From sequence record NC_029091.1: a stretch of DNA of 64,000 bases; one strand, given 5' to 3'. Under the pieces are notes generated by a model. It was not told where the DNA came from. It saw only the letters and a list, made by a program, of their open reading frames with translations, and searched no databases. The position numbers and the translations under genes are program-made. The DNA comes from Escherichia phage APCEc01. Each line of letters opens with the position of its first letter. The first letter of the stretch is position 1. Shown in pieces: positions 11,565 to 22,418 of this stretch.

Positions 11565-11618
11565 GACTTTTTATTATAATTTACTCATGGATGAGTTAAT
11601 AACTAAGTGAGAAATATA

Positions 11619-12797
11619 ATGAGTACAGTTTTTAACACACAACAAGTCGATGTTTTGAATGAACCGATGTTCTTTGGTTCTGGTCTTGGCCTCGCACGGT
11701 ATGATATTCAGCGTCATAAAGTTTTTGAAGAGCTTATCGAAAAGCAGCTCTCGTTCTTTTGGCGTCCCGAGGAAGTAAACTTGATGTTGGATTCGGCCCA
11801 GTTTAATAAGCTTCCACAGTTCCAACAGGACATCTTTACCAACAACCTTAAGTATCAATCATTATTAGATTCTATCCAAGGTAGAGCACCATCTGCGGTA
11901 CTTATGTCATTGCTTTCAGACCCTTCATTAGATACATGGGTTGCTACATGGACTTTCAGTGAAACTATTCACTCTCGTTCATATACTCATATTATGCGAA
12001 ATCTTTATACAGATCCATCGAAGGTGTTTGATGAGATTGTATTAGATGAAGCTATTATGAAGCGTGCCGAATCTATCGGACGATATTATGATGATGTTCT
12101 GGTTAAAGCTCGTTATTGGGAAAACGCTAAAGCTGATATCGAATACCAAAAAGAAATTAATGCAGACGAAGACGTTATTGAAGATGCTATTGAGCATGAG
12201 ACATATTGGAAGCGTGAGCTAATGAAATCTCTTTACCTCTGTTTGCATGTTATTAATGCCTTAGAAGCTATTCGTTTTTATGTATCTTTCGCATGCACCT
12301 TTAACTTCCACAAGAATATGGAAATCATGGAAGGTAATGCCAAGATTATGAAGTTCATTGCTCGTGATGAACAGCTCCACCTCAAGGGCACTCAATATAT
12401 TATTCGTGCTTTACAAGATGGCGAAGACGGTGATGAATGGGTCAAAATTGCTCAAGAGTGTGAACAAGAAGCAGTTGATATTTTCATGGAAGTTAACGCT
12501 CAAGAAAAAGAATGGGCTGAACACTTGTTTAAAGATGGTGCTCTTCCAGGTCTAAATGTTAAAATCCTAAGTGAATTTGTGGATTATCTTACCGTGTCTC
12601 GTATGCGTAGTTGTGGTCTGCCATGTCCTCTTAAAGACGTATCAACTCGTCATCCTATTCCATGGATTCGTGAGTATTTGAACTCTGATTTGGTTCAAGC
12701 AGCCCCACAAGAAGTTGAAATCAGTTCTTATCTTGTCGCACAAATTGATAATGATGTAGACCAAAATGTAATCAATTCATACAAAAAATATTTCTAA
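11619..12797 (+). CDS. nrdB: Aerobic ribonucleotide reductase small subunit (uninterrupted, no intron)
   Basis: 392 aa from MSTVFNTQQVDVLNEPMFFGSG...; diiron/tyrosyl radical protein; track start 11607 is a GTG. Confidence 0.95.
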   Translation: MSTVFNTQQVDVLNEPMFFGSGLGLARYDIQRHKVFEELIEKQLSFFWRPEEVNLMLDSAQFNKLPQFQQDIFTNNLKYQSLLDSIQGRAPSAVLMSLLSDPSLDTWVATWTFSETIHSRSYTHIMRNLYTDPSKVFDEIVLDEAIMKRAESIGRYYDDVLVKARYWENAKADIEYQKEINADEDVIEDAIEHETYWKRELMKSLYLCLHVINALEAIRFYVSFACTFNFHKNMEIMEGNAKIMKFIARDEQLHLKGTQYIIRALQDGEDGDEWVKIAQECEQEAVDIFMEVNAQEKEWAEHLFKDGALPGLNVKILSEFVDYLTVSRMRSCGLPCPLKDVSTRHPIPWIREYLNSDLVQAAPQEVEISSYLVAQIDNDVDQNVINSYKKYF

Positions 12798-12801
12798 GGA
12801 C

Positions 12802-12820
12802 GGGACTTCGGTCCCACTTT
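12802..12820 (+). terminator. Hairpin (possible weak terminator) between nrdB and denA
   Basis: gggac ttcg gtccc followed by actttatt. Confidence 0.4.
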
Positions 12821-12823
12821 ATT

Positions 12824-13234
12824 ATGAAAGATATCGCCGCCGAATATTCCTTTATTAAATATACAGAATTGGAGCTATTAGAAGATGCAACAATTAAAAC
12901 AGTTGATGTCCCTAATAAGAAAAATGTCATATATGCTATTGCTATAGATGACGAACTTGTGTATATTGGTAAAACCAAGAATTTAAAGAAACGCATTAAC
13001 TATTATCGAACAGCCATAAATCGAAAAGACCAGACTTCAGATTCAAGAAAATCACTTATGATTTTGGATGCCTTAATGCAAGGCAAAAAGGTTGAATTCT
13101 GGGCCCGCCAATGTTTTGACCTTTCAGTCACCAACGAACTTGGTTCAATGACCATCGCAACAATGGACCTTGAAGAACCGCTTTTTATCAAAAAGTTCAA
13201 CCCGCCTTGGAATATCCAACATAAGAAAAAGTAG
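12824..13234 (+). CDS. denA: Endonuclease II (GIY-YIG-type)
   Basis: 136 aa; YIGKTKNLKKRINYYR motif; matches recalled T4 EndoII. Confidence 0.85.
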   Translation: MKDIAAEYSFIKYTELELLEDATIKTVDVPNKKNVIYAIAIDDELVYIGKTKNLKKRINYYRTAINRKDQTSDSRKSLMILDALMQGKKVEFWARQCFDLSVTNELGSMTIATMDLEEPLFIKKFNPPWNIQHKKK

Positions 13235-13263
13235 TTTACACACCACAAGGATTGTGGTACAAT
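13234..13263 (+). promoter_or_regulatory. Sigma70-type early promoter upstream of rnlA
   Basis: GTTTAC, 18 nt, TGgTACAAT. Confidence 0.55.
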
Positions 13264-13281
13264 TTAAAAAAAACTAACTGA

Positions 13282-14415
<1,134 letters not shown>

Positions 14416-14417
14416 CG

Positions 14418-14447
14418 GTTTACAAACACCAAGGATGGTGATACTAT
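14418..14447 (+). promoter_or_regulatory. Sigma70-type early promoter
   Basis: GTTTAC, 18 nt, TGaTACTAT; the track ATG at 14435 lies inside the promoter spacer. Confidence 0.6.
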
Positions 14448-14476
14448 GGGTTTATCAACAACACGAGGAGAAAATT

Positions 14477-14977
14477 ATGAATATGCAATTGATTACTAAC
14501 GATATGGTCGTAAACGCTTTTGGAGACACAACTGACGGAATCCGGGTCTTTAAGAAAGGACGTCCAGTTGGTTATCTTACTGACCTACGTGTTACACTGG
14601 CCAAAAATCTTAAAAAGAAAGTAAAACAAAAAGAGTATTCAACCCGATACGCTGAAGAGAAACGCGAAGCGATGCCGGAAGCAGTTAATGCCATGGTAGA
14701 ATTTCTTCAAAACAATTTGACTAAATATGATGCTAATGTGTTCATTAATATTAGTCAACCAAACGTACATATCGCAGGTATAAAATTCTACATTATTTGC
14801 GACCCTCTTACCGACAAATTCAACCGCCTCGGAATTTCAAGTCCATATCATACAGCAGAAGAGTTGTGTGTATTGTTTGAATCATACAAAATCCAGTGTG
14901 ATGGTTTGAAAACCGTTCTTATCAATGGATTATCCCGAGATGAAATCATTGAGATTATTAAAACATGCTTAAAGTAA
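14477..14977 (+). CDS. alc: Alc-like protein (putative host transcription inhibitor)
   Basis: 166 aa from ATG with RBS gaggag; length and position (between rnlA and pseT) as T4 alc; assignment by synteny only. Confidence 0.5.
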   Translation: MNMQLITNDMVVNAFGDTTDGIRVFKKGRPVGYLTDLRVTLAKNLKKKVKQKEYSTRYAEEKREAMPEAVNAMVEFLQNNLTKYDANVFINISQPNVHIAGIKFYIICDPLTDKFNRLGISSPYHTAEELCVLFESYKIQCDGLKTVLINGLSRDEIIEIIKTCLK

Positions 14978-15321
14978 ATCCTATTTACGCTATAGTAGCA
15001 GCTTTTGCTCTAGTTTCTACGGTAACAATAGTTGTCTTAAACAACAAAGTTGATTCGTTGAATACTGAATTAGCTTCTGTCAAAGAGACTGCTAAAAACA
15101 ATGCTAAAGTATTAGACGACTTCAAGGTTCAATATCAGTCAATCGAAGAAATGACTTATAAGAACCGTGTTTTAGTTGACCAACTTAAGGCCGAAAATGA
15201 AAAGCTCCGTAAGGATTCGAAGAAGAAGAACGTGGTGGCAAGTAAGCCAGGATTGGTCGAAAAACAAATCAACAGGTCCTTCGATTCCTTTGCAGAAGAC
15301 CTCAGGAAGCTCTCAGAATGA
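14965..15321 (+). CDS. Putative i-spanin (Rz-like; T4 pseT.3 position)
   Basis: 118 aa; N-terminal TM segment IYAIVAAFALVSTVTIVVL then coiled-coil-like charged region; overlaps next ORF. Confidence 0.55.
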   Translation: MLKVNPIYAIVAAFALVSTVTIVVLNNKVDSLNTELASVKETAKNNAKVLDDFKVQYQSIEEMTYKNRVLVDQLKAENEKLRKDSKKKNVVASKPGLVEKQINRSFDSFAEDLRKLSE

Positions 15322-15608
15322 TTAAATTAACTGTGGCTGTATTATCTATTGGTCTCCTAGTTGGATGTACTCAGGATGTGCCAGTAAGCCCTAAAGAAAC
15401 TTTACATCCTTCATGGCCTACGCCTATTTCCGAATATAACCAGAAATGGCAAGTAAAGGTTATTGATGGTAATCCATGGGTTGGAATGCCGTTTGAAGAC
15501 TCTCAAGAATTTCGTATCTGGTTAAACGACGTAAAAAGATATATACATGACCAGAAGACTATGTTATGTTATTATCGTAGTGGTTTAAAAGAGGAAAAAT
15601 GCCAATGA
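15318..15608 (+). CDS. Putative o-spanin lipoprotein (Rz1-like; T4 pseT.2 position)
   Basis: 96 aa; signal peptide with lipobox LLVGC; adjacent to i-spanin candidate. Confidence 0.55.
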   Translation: MIKLTVAVLSIGLLVGCTQDVPVSPKETLHPSWPTPISEYNQKWQVKVIDGNPWVGMPFEDSQEFRIWLNDVKRYIHDQKTMLCYYRSGLKEEKCQ

Positions 15609-15823
15609 CTAAAGAACAGCATGAATACATTAAAGGGCTTATCTATGAATCTGAAATGGCGGCTATGATTTATGGACGCCAGATTCAACGATTAGAATCT
15701 TTGCCTCCGACTAATGACCGCTTGTTAGTTCAGTCTCGTGCTAATCTGAAAAATGAATATCAGAATAAGTGGGCAGTAGCGACTAAAGCTCTTCATGAGT
15801 ATATTGAATCTTTAGTAAAATAG
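15599..15823 (+). CDS. Hypothetical protein
   Basis: 74-aa ORF overlapping the spanin stop. Confidence 0.4.
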   Translation: MPMTKEQHEYIKGLIYESEMAAMIYGRQIQRLESLPPTNDRLLVQSRANLKNEYQNKWAVATKALHEYIESLVK

Positions 15824-15852
15824 TTTACAAACTCTCGGGAGCAGAGTATAAT
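15823..15852 (+). promoter_or_regulatory. Sigma70-type early promoter
   Basis: GTTTAC, 18 nt, TATAAT. Confidence 0.55.
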
Positions 15853-15880
15853 GCTCCTATGGATAATTGAGGAAATCTAA

Positions 15881-16179
15881 ATGAAAACATTACTAGAGAA
15901 TTACATCAAACGGTCTGATGAGTATATTGATATCTGCCGTGGAATGACACTTGTAGATTATGACAAAGATGCAGCAAAGGCACTAGATGAAGCAGGTAAA
16001 GCTCTTCGTAAAGCTGCTAAAGAAAAAGGGTTGGATTTGCAACAACTCAAAAGTCATATGATTAAATTTATTTCTTCAAACGTTAGAAGTACGTCAATTA
16101 ATAAAAACGTTGCTGAAATTAATAAAGACCGGCGCGAACTCAACATTCGTATTCTTGAAGCTTTCTTAGGAATCAAATA

Positions 16180-16180
<1 letters not shown>
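15881..16180 (+). CDS. Hypothetical protein
   Basis: 99-aa ORF, RBS gagga. Confidence 0.45.
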
Positions 16181-17266
<1,086 letters not shown>

Positions 17267-17267
<1 letters not shown>

Positions 17268-17458
17268 TGAAACGATTATATGAAGTGATTGAGGCCATCG
17301 AACATCATAAAGAATATTTGTTTGTAGCATGGCCTTTAGTAAATGGACAGTTCGGTATTGATGTGCTGGACTATGAGCATGAAGAACGTTTGGATGGCGG
17401 TATATTTGATAACGTCGACCAGGCAATTGAATGGTTAAATGAAAACTATGTACGATAA
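17267..17458 (+). CDS. Hypothetical protein
   Basis: 63-aa ORF. Confidence 0.4.
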
Positions 17459-17663
17459 ACATCATGAAATCGAAGATGAAGCATACAAAATGCTTCGTAA
17501 ACTAGTGGGACTTAATATGAGTCCTACATTAATCAACAAACTCGCAGGAATTCGTAATGATCTGAATACTCGTTACAAAGGCGAATATCATGTAGAGTTT
17601 GTTCCTGTAGGTGAACCGACCGAGCGATTTGTTGTTCGAGTTAAAGTAAATACTGTACACTGA
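17439..17663 (+). CDS. Hypothetical protein
   Basis: 74-aa ORF. Confidence 0.4.
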   Translation: MKTMYDKHHEIEDEAYKMLRKLVGLNMSPTLINKLAGIRNDLNTRYKGEYHVEFVPVGEPTERFVVRVKVNTVH

Positions 17664-17670
17664 GGTAATT

Positions 17671-17946
17671 ATGTTCCCAACTTATTCTGAAATTGTAAAG
17701 GTAGTCTTCAGTCAGATTATTGCTAATAATATGTTTGAAGTGCTTGATAATGCAGCCGAACTCAGAGTTCATGCTCAACTAACTCATGTACTCAATGCTT
17801 TGCTCCCAGACCAAGTAGATTCTATTGCTATTACTCTTCTCCCTGGGTCTGCACACGTCATAGTGGTATTTGATCTTGACGGCGATTTAGTTATCCAATG
17901 TGATATCAATTTCGGTACACAAAAAATTGAATGCAAAGCAATTTAA
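17671..17946 (+). CDS. Hypothetical protein
   Basis: 91-aa ORF. Confidence 0.4.
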   Translation: MFPTYSEIVKVVFSQIIANNMFEVLDNAAELRVHAQLTHVLNALLPDQVDSIAITLLPGSAHVIVVFDLDGDLVIQCDINFGTQKIECKAI

Positions 17947-17948
17947 TG

Positions 17949-17978
17949 GTTTACAACATGGTGGAGTTGTGATACTAT
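17949..17978 (+). promoter_or_regulatory. Sigma70-type early promoter
   Basis: GTTTAC, 18 nt, TGaTACTAT; conserved leader ccaacaaatgaggaaa. Confidence 0.6.
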
Positions 17979-18006
17979 AACTCTACCAACAAATGAGGAA
18001 ATAGAA

Positions 18007-18243
18007 ATGCTAAGTGAAAACCCAATTACAGTACACGAATTTCAGATTAAAGTAAAAGAATTTGCTCAAGCACTCATCAATAAAGTGTCTGAACGTTTCC
18101 AAGATGCAACATTACGAGTTATTCAAGAATCTCCACGTTCTTTTCTCATAATCGTTAATCCTAAAGATGGTGACCAAATTACTAATCTTAAATTAGGCAG
18201 TGATGGTCTTGTTGAAGCAACTCGAGTATATGGAACACTATAA
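18007..18243 (+). CDS. Hypothetical protein
   Basis: 78-aa ORF with RBS gaggaa. Confidence 0.45.
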   Translation: MLSENPITVHEFQIKVKEFAQALINKVSERFQDATLRVIQESPRSFLIIVNPKDGDQITNLKLGSDGLVEATRVYGTL

Positions 18244-18363
18244 TGAGAGCTATCTCATTACTATCGAGAATGGTCATAAATCTGAGCACTACCAACTTAG
18301 CCTGTCTAATCCGGTTAAAGGTATTGTTGAATCAGAATCTGTTTATATCTCCTAAGGATTGTT

Positions 18364-19356
18364 ATGTTACCTGTCGTCGGAAAACTTATTTCTCCAAAAG
18401 AACTGGCTGAGATTATTCCTTTGTCGGAAGCTTACGCGTCACAAGTGGTTTCTCATCGCGAACAAGTTAATTCGATTATGAACGGTGAAGACCCACGCAA
18501 ACTTATTGTTGTAGGTCCTTGTTCAATTCATGACCCTATTGCTGCTGTTGAATACGGCAAACGTCTGGCTGAACTTCAAACTCGTCTTCCTAATGTTCTG
18601 TTAGTGATGCGCGTTTATTTTGAAAAGCCTCGAACTACCGTAGGTTGGAAAGGTCTTGTAAATGATCCATATCTTGACGGAAGTTTTGATATGAACCACG
18701 GTCTTATAGTTGCACGAACATTGTGTCGTAAACTTCTACGTATGGGACTTCCATTAGCAACTGAAGTATTAGACCCATTCACGATTAAGTATCTTTCTGG
18801 TATTTTCTCATGGGTTGCTATTGGCGCCCGTACGACTGAAAGTCAGACACATCGTGAAATTGCTTCAGGTCTACCGATGTGCGTAGGCTTCAAGAACGCA
18901 ACCAATGGTTCTATTAAAGTAGCTACAGACGCGATGTATAGTGCCGCCTGGCCTCATCGGTATATGGGTATGGACGTCGATGGTACTGTAGGCATTGTTG
19001 AAGCTGAAGGTAATCAGAATACGCATATCGTATTGCGTGGTGGGACCAACGGTCCGAACTATCATTCTTCTGATATTCAAGAAGCTTCTAACAAAGCAAG
19101 GGCAGTAGGTCTGAATCATTATGTAATGGTTGACTGTAGCCATGCAAACGCTGATGGGCATTATAGCAATCAAATTGGTATTGGTAAAAATTTAGCAGCT
19201 AATGATTTGGTCAAAGGAATTATGATAGAATCGTTCCTACATGAAGGAAATCAAAAAATTTCTGATAATATGTCCTATGGCGTTTCCGTTACCGATGCGT
19301 GCATCAGTTGGGAACAAACTAAAGAGCTGTTAACTTATATTAATAAGGTTCAATAA
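18364..19356 (+). CDS. 3-deoxy-D-arabino-heptulosonate 7-phosphate (DAHP) synthase, AroG/AroF-type class I
   Basis: 330 aa; motifs GPCSIHD, KPRTTVGWKGL, GARTTESQ, CSHANA, IESFLHEGNQ, TDACISW correspond to conserved and metal-ligand regions of E. coli AroG. Confidence 0.85.
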   Translation: MLPVVGKLISPKELAEIIPLSEAYASQVVSHREQVNSIMNGEDPRKLIVVGPCSIHDPIAAVEYGKRLAELQTRLPNVLLVMRVYFEKPRTTVGWKGLVNDPYLDGSFDMNHGLIVARTLCRKLLRMGLPLATEVLDPFTIKYLSGIFSWVAIGARTTESQTHREIASGLPMCVGFKNATNGSIKVATDAMYSAAWPHRYMGMDVDGTVGIVEAEGNQNTHIVLRGGTNGPNYHSSDIQEASNKARAVGLNHYVMVDCSHANADGHYSNQIGIGKNLAANDLVKGIMIESFLHEGNQKISDNMSYGVSVTDACISWEQTKELLTYINKVQ

Positions 19357-19937
19357 TGAAAGCTAGCACATACCTTCAGATTGCATATCTGATTTCTCAA
19401 GAATCAAAATGTTGTTCATGGAAAGTTGGCGCCGTCATTGAAAAAGATGGACGCATTATTTCTACAGGTTATAATGGCTCTCCTTCAGGTGGTACAAACT
19501 GTTGCGAACATGCATCCGAAAACGGTTGGTTGAAGAATAAACCAAGCCCGGTCATCGTTGCTGGTCATAAAGAAGGCACTACAGCATTTGGACGGGCAGA
19601 TAATTTTGTTTTGGCTAAAGAACATCGGGCCGCTCATAGTGCATGGTCTGCTAATAACGAAATCCATGCTGAATTGAATGCCATTTTGTTTGCTGCTCGC
19701 AAAGGTAATTCTATTGAAGGTGCTACGTTGTATACGACACTTTCTCCGTGTCCTGATTGCACTAAAGCTATTACACAGTCAGGTATTAAAAAGGTTGTAT
19801 ATGCAGAATTATATGACCGATCTCCTGAAAATTGGGCAGACATTCTTAAACAAGCTGGTATTGAAGTAATTCAGTACTCTCGTAATAATCTTCGTTCTCT
19901 GAATTGGGAACAAATTCGAAACTTTTGTGGTGAATAA
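19356..19937 (+). CDS. cd: dCMP deaminase
   Basis: 193 aa; zinc-binding deaminase motifs HAELNA and SPCPDC; same length as T4 cd. Confidence 0.9.
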   Translation: MKASTYLQIAYLISQESKCCSWKVGAVIEKDGRIISTGYNGSPSGGTNCCEHASENGWLKNKPSPVIVAGHKEGTTAFGRADNFVLAKEHRAAHSAWSANNEIHAELNAILFAARKGNSIEGATLYTTLSPCPDCTKAITQSGIKKVVYAELYDRSPENWADILKQAGIEVIQYSRNNLRSLNWEQIRNFCGE

Positions 19938-19938
19938 T

Positions 19939-20235
19939 ATGATTTTAACTGAACAAGAAACTATGGTTCTTCGTGAACGTATTAAAACTATTCTGTCTGT
20001 AGGCGTTCATTGTGTTGTATTTGAAAAGGCTAACGGTGATGTTCGTACGATGTTTGCCTCCCGCGATGAACTTGAAGTCAAATATGAAAATAACAATCCG
20101 GCAACAGAAGTTCGTTATGAACCTCGTGAATCAGTTCGAGCATTCGATACCAAGTTAGGTCAGTGGCGTTCTTTCCGCCTTGATAAAGTAATTTCGGTTG
20201 ATGGTACTCCGGTAGAACGTTTGCTTCTTATGTAA
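19939..20235 (+). CDS. Hypothetical protein
   Basis: 98 aa from the ATG two nt after the cd stop. Confidence 0.45.
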   Translation: MILTEQETMVLRERIKTILSVGVHCVVFEKANGDVRTMFASRDELEVKYENNNPATEVRYEPRESVRAFDTKLGQWRSFRLDKVISVDGTPVERLLLM

Positions 20236-20262
20236 TATGCTTTACGACTAGTATGATATTAT
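20235..20262 (+). promoter_or_regulatory. MotA-dependent middle promoter upstream of gene 31
   Basis: MotA box atatGCTTtA about 12 nt upstream of TATTAT. Confidence 0.5.
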
Positions 20263-20292
20263 TAATCTATCGTCAAACAACAAGGAAATAAG

Positions 20293-20625
20293 ATGTCTGA
20301 AGTACAACTCCCAATTCGTGCTGTTGGTGAATATGTCATTCTGGTTTCTGAACCCGCTCAAGCAGGTGATGAAGAAGTTACAGAATCAGGACTTGTGATT
20401 GGTAAACGTGTTCAAGGTGAAGTTCCTGAACTATGTGTAGTTCATTCTGTAGGTCCTGATGTTCCTGAAGGTTTTGTTGAAGTCGGTGATTTGACTCCAC
20501 TACCAGTTGGACAAATTCGAAATGTTCCACATCCATTTGTGGCTTTGGGACTTAAACAACCTAAAGAAATTAAACAGAAATTCGTAACATGCCACTATAA
20601 AGCTATTCCGTGTCTTTATAAGTGA
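20293..20625 (+). CDS. 31: Co-chaperonin gp31 (GroES analogue for capsid folding)
   Basis: 110 aa; near-identical to recalled T4 gp31 ([34 protein letters not shown]...). Confidence 0.9.
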   Translation: MSEVQLPIRAVGEYVILVSEPAQAGDEEVTESGLVIGKRVQGEVPELCVVHSVGPDVPEGFVEVGDLTPLPVGQIRNVPHPFVALGLKQPKEIKQKFVTCHYKAIPCLYK

Positions 20626-20749
20626 TATAAATAACTATATGAAGAGAACACTCTTCTAAGCGGTAGCCTACAACTGAGAGACTTGTCGAAAGAAGGTGAA
20701 ATTCAGACGAACGTGGCTACTAAATATTATCTCGAATTGAGAATTTAAA

Positions 20750-20998
20750 ATGATTAAACAATTACAACACGCTCTTGAACTGCAACGAAACGCATGGAAT
20801 AACGGTCACGAAAACTACGGCGCGTCGATTGATGTTGAAGCCGAAGCACTGGAAATCCTGCATTATTTCAAACATCTGAACCCGGTACAGGCAGCTTTGG
20901 CTTCTGAACTGGAAGCAAAAGATGAACTGAAATATGCTAAGCCTTTGGCTTCTGCAGCTCGTAAAGCAGTACGTCATTTTGTTATTACCCTTAAATAA
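20750..20998 (+). CDS. rIII: rIII lysis inhibition accessory protein
   Basis: 82 aa; length and position between 31 and the 30.x region as in T4. Confidence 0.75.
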   Translation: MIKQLQHALELQRNAWNNGHENYGASIDVEAEALEILHYFKHLNPVQAALASELEAKDELKYAKPLASAARKAVRHFVITLK

Positions 20999-21253
20999 GT
21001 TTTAGGTGATTCGCTACCTTAAGTGCGGCTAGAAAATCGAGGAGCCGTCGAACTGTCTGATTAATGATTTGCGAATCATTATAGTTTTAAGGCCCCGGCA
21101 GTTTTACGGTGTACCTCTTGAATGTATTTTGTACTATCACGCGTCAGAAAAAGGTTATCTGTCTAAGTCGTGGTTGGTATGATGACGGGTTTATGGTTAT
21201 CCTGTCGGTAAATATTCAAAACCTAAGTACCCCTTTGAGGGCTTTCGCAGGCA

Positions 21254-21472
21254 ATGCCAATAAGTCCTGCATTTTCATTTAAAAGAGAATTTATAATGGC
21301 AAAACAAGTTAAAGCAAAGAAAGCAGTTGAAAAGAAAGTTGGTGATTCTAAACGCGCTGGCTACAAGCGTGGGTCGAACTCTCGTATCAATCAAACTGTT
21401 GAGAAGATCATGCGCCGAGCACGTGCGGTTCTTCGAGATGATGCTTCTCGTTTTGGAAAGGTTGTTGCATAA
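21254..21472 (+). CDS. Small highly basic protein (start uncertain; alternative ATG at 21296)
   Basis: Lys/Arg-rich sequence MAKQVKAKKAVEKKVGDSKRAGYKRGSNSR...; followed by a strong terminator. Confidence 0.45.
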   Translation: MPISPAFSFKREFIMAKQVKAKKAVEKKVGDSKRAGYKRGSNSRINQTVEKIMRRARAVLRDDASRFGKVVA

Positions 21473-21477
21473 TTTTA

Positions 21478-21499
21478 GGGAGACTTCGGTCTCCCTTTT
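21478..21499 (+). terminator. Rho-independent terminator
   Basis: gggagac ttcg gtctccc tttt, identical to the hairpin after gene 32. Confidence 0.8.
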
Positions 21500-21531
21500 G
21501 TGCGTTTAGGGCGGAAAAAGTTTAAAAAGAT

Positions 21532-21560
21532 GTTTACTCTCCTGTAGGATGTGTTACTAT
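21532..21560 (+). promoter_or_regulatory. Sigma70-type early promoter
   Basis: GTTTAC, 17 nt, TGtTACTAT. Confidence 0.6.
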
Positions 21561-21602
21561 AGACTTGTACCACCTAATCAATAAAACAACCTGGAGAACA
21601 AA

Positions 21603-21971
21603 ATGAAAATCAATCTGAACTCATACATCAAATGTAAAGACCATGATGGTTATAAAGCTATCGAAATTAAAGAATTCCAGTGGATGTTATACAAAGAGCA
21701 ATTTGAGTTCGTAGGTTGTATGACCCCTGAAGGTCCTTCTGATGATTTCTCTTGGAAAATTGTGTTAGCAAACTTTTTCACAGGTGACACATACGAATTA
21801 AAAACTATTATTACCGGTAAAATTCGTTCAGAAACATATGTTGACGAAGAAACTGGTTACTCTGAAGATGTTACATGGTATCAAAATGGACGCATTACCG
21901 CAGATAACCTGATCGAAAAAATGAAAGCCAAAGGTGTTTTAAATTTAGACAATTGGATTAAAGTTGCATAA
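21603..21971 (+). CDS. Hypothetical early protein
   Basis: 122-aa ORF, RBS ggag, own early promoter. Confidence 0.5.
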   Translation: MKINLNSYIKCKDHDGYKAIEIKEFQWMLYKEQFEFVGCMTPEGPSDDFSWKIVLANFFTGDTYELKTIITGKIRSETYVDEETGYSEDVTWYQNGRITADNLIEKMKAKGVLNLDNWIKVA

Positions 21972-21975
21972 AACA

Positions 21976-22004
21976 GTTTACTTTGGTACAGGTTATGTTA
22001 TTAT
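21976..22004 (+). promoter_or_regulatory. Sigma70-type early promoter
   Basis: GTTTAC, 17 nt, TGtTATTAT; flanked by 10-bp inverted repeat tggtacaggt/acctgtacca. Confidence 0.55.
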
Positions 22005-22045
22005 AGACCTGTACCAACAAACAACTTAAACATCTGGAGAATAAA

Positions 22046-22411
22046 ATGAACTACACCAACTTCGAACGTAAATATGTTTCTAACGGTATTGCTGGTTCTT
22101 CTGAAGTTATTTGCTTATGGAAACACGAAAACGGTACAGTTTGTGAAATCGAACAGTGCATGACTCCTAATTACGTTTATATGCGATTTGAAAATGGTAT
22201 CACGGTTTCAATCACGATGGAAGGTTCAAATTTTAAAATTGCATTAGATGATGATTTCCGTCAGCGTGATTTAGGTACTCATCCTTGCTGGAATGGTGTT
22301 AATCGTAAACTTCTGGTTAAAACTTGGATTCGTCATATCCTGAGTAACCGAGCTAAACCTGAACATCTTGAAGCAATCTTTGATGTAGTTCTTAACGAAT
22401 TTGATATCTAA
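22046..22411 (+). CDS. Hypothetical early protein
   Basis: 121-aa ORF, RBS ggag, own early promoter. Confidence 0.5.
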   Translation: MNYTNFERKYVSNGIAGSSEVICLWKHENGTVCEIEQCMTPNYVYMRFENGITVSITMEGSNFKIALDDDFRQRDLGTHPCWNGVNRKLLVKTWIRHILSNRAKPEHLEAIFDVVLNEFDI

Positions 22412-22418
22412 ATTAATT

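Noticed and set aside
14435-14476. Track start of ORF 14435-14977
   Set aside because: The ATG at 14435 lies within the spacer/-10 of the early promoter and upstream of the predicted transcript start; the ATG at 14477 with RBS gaggag was used
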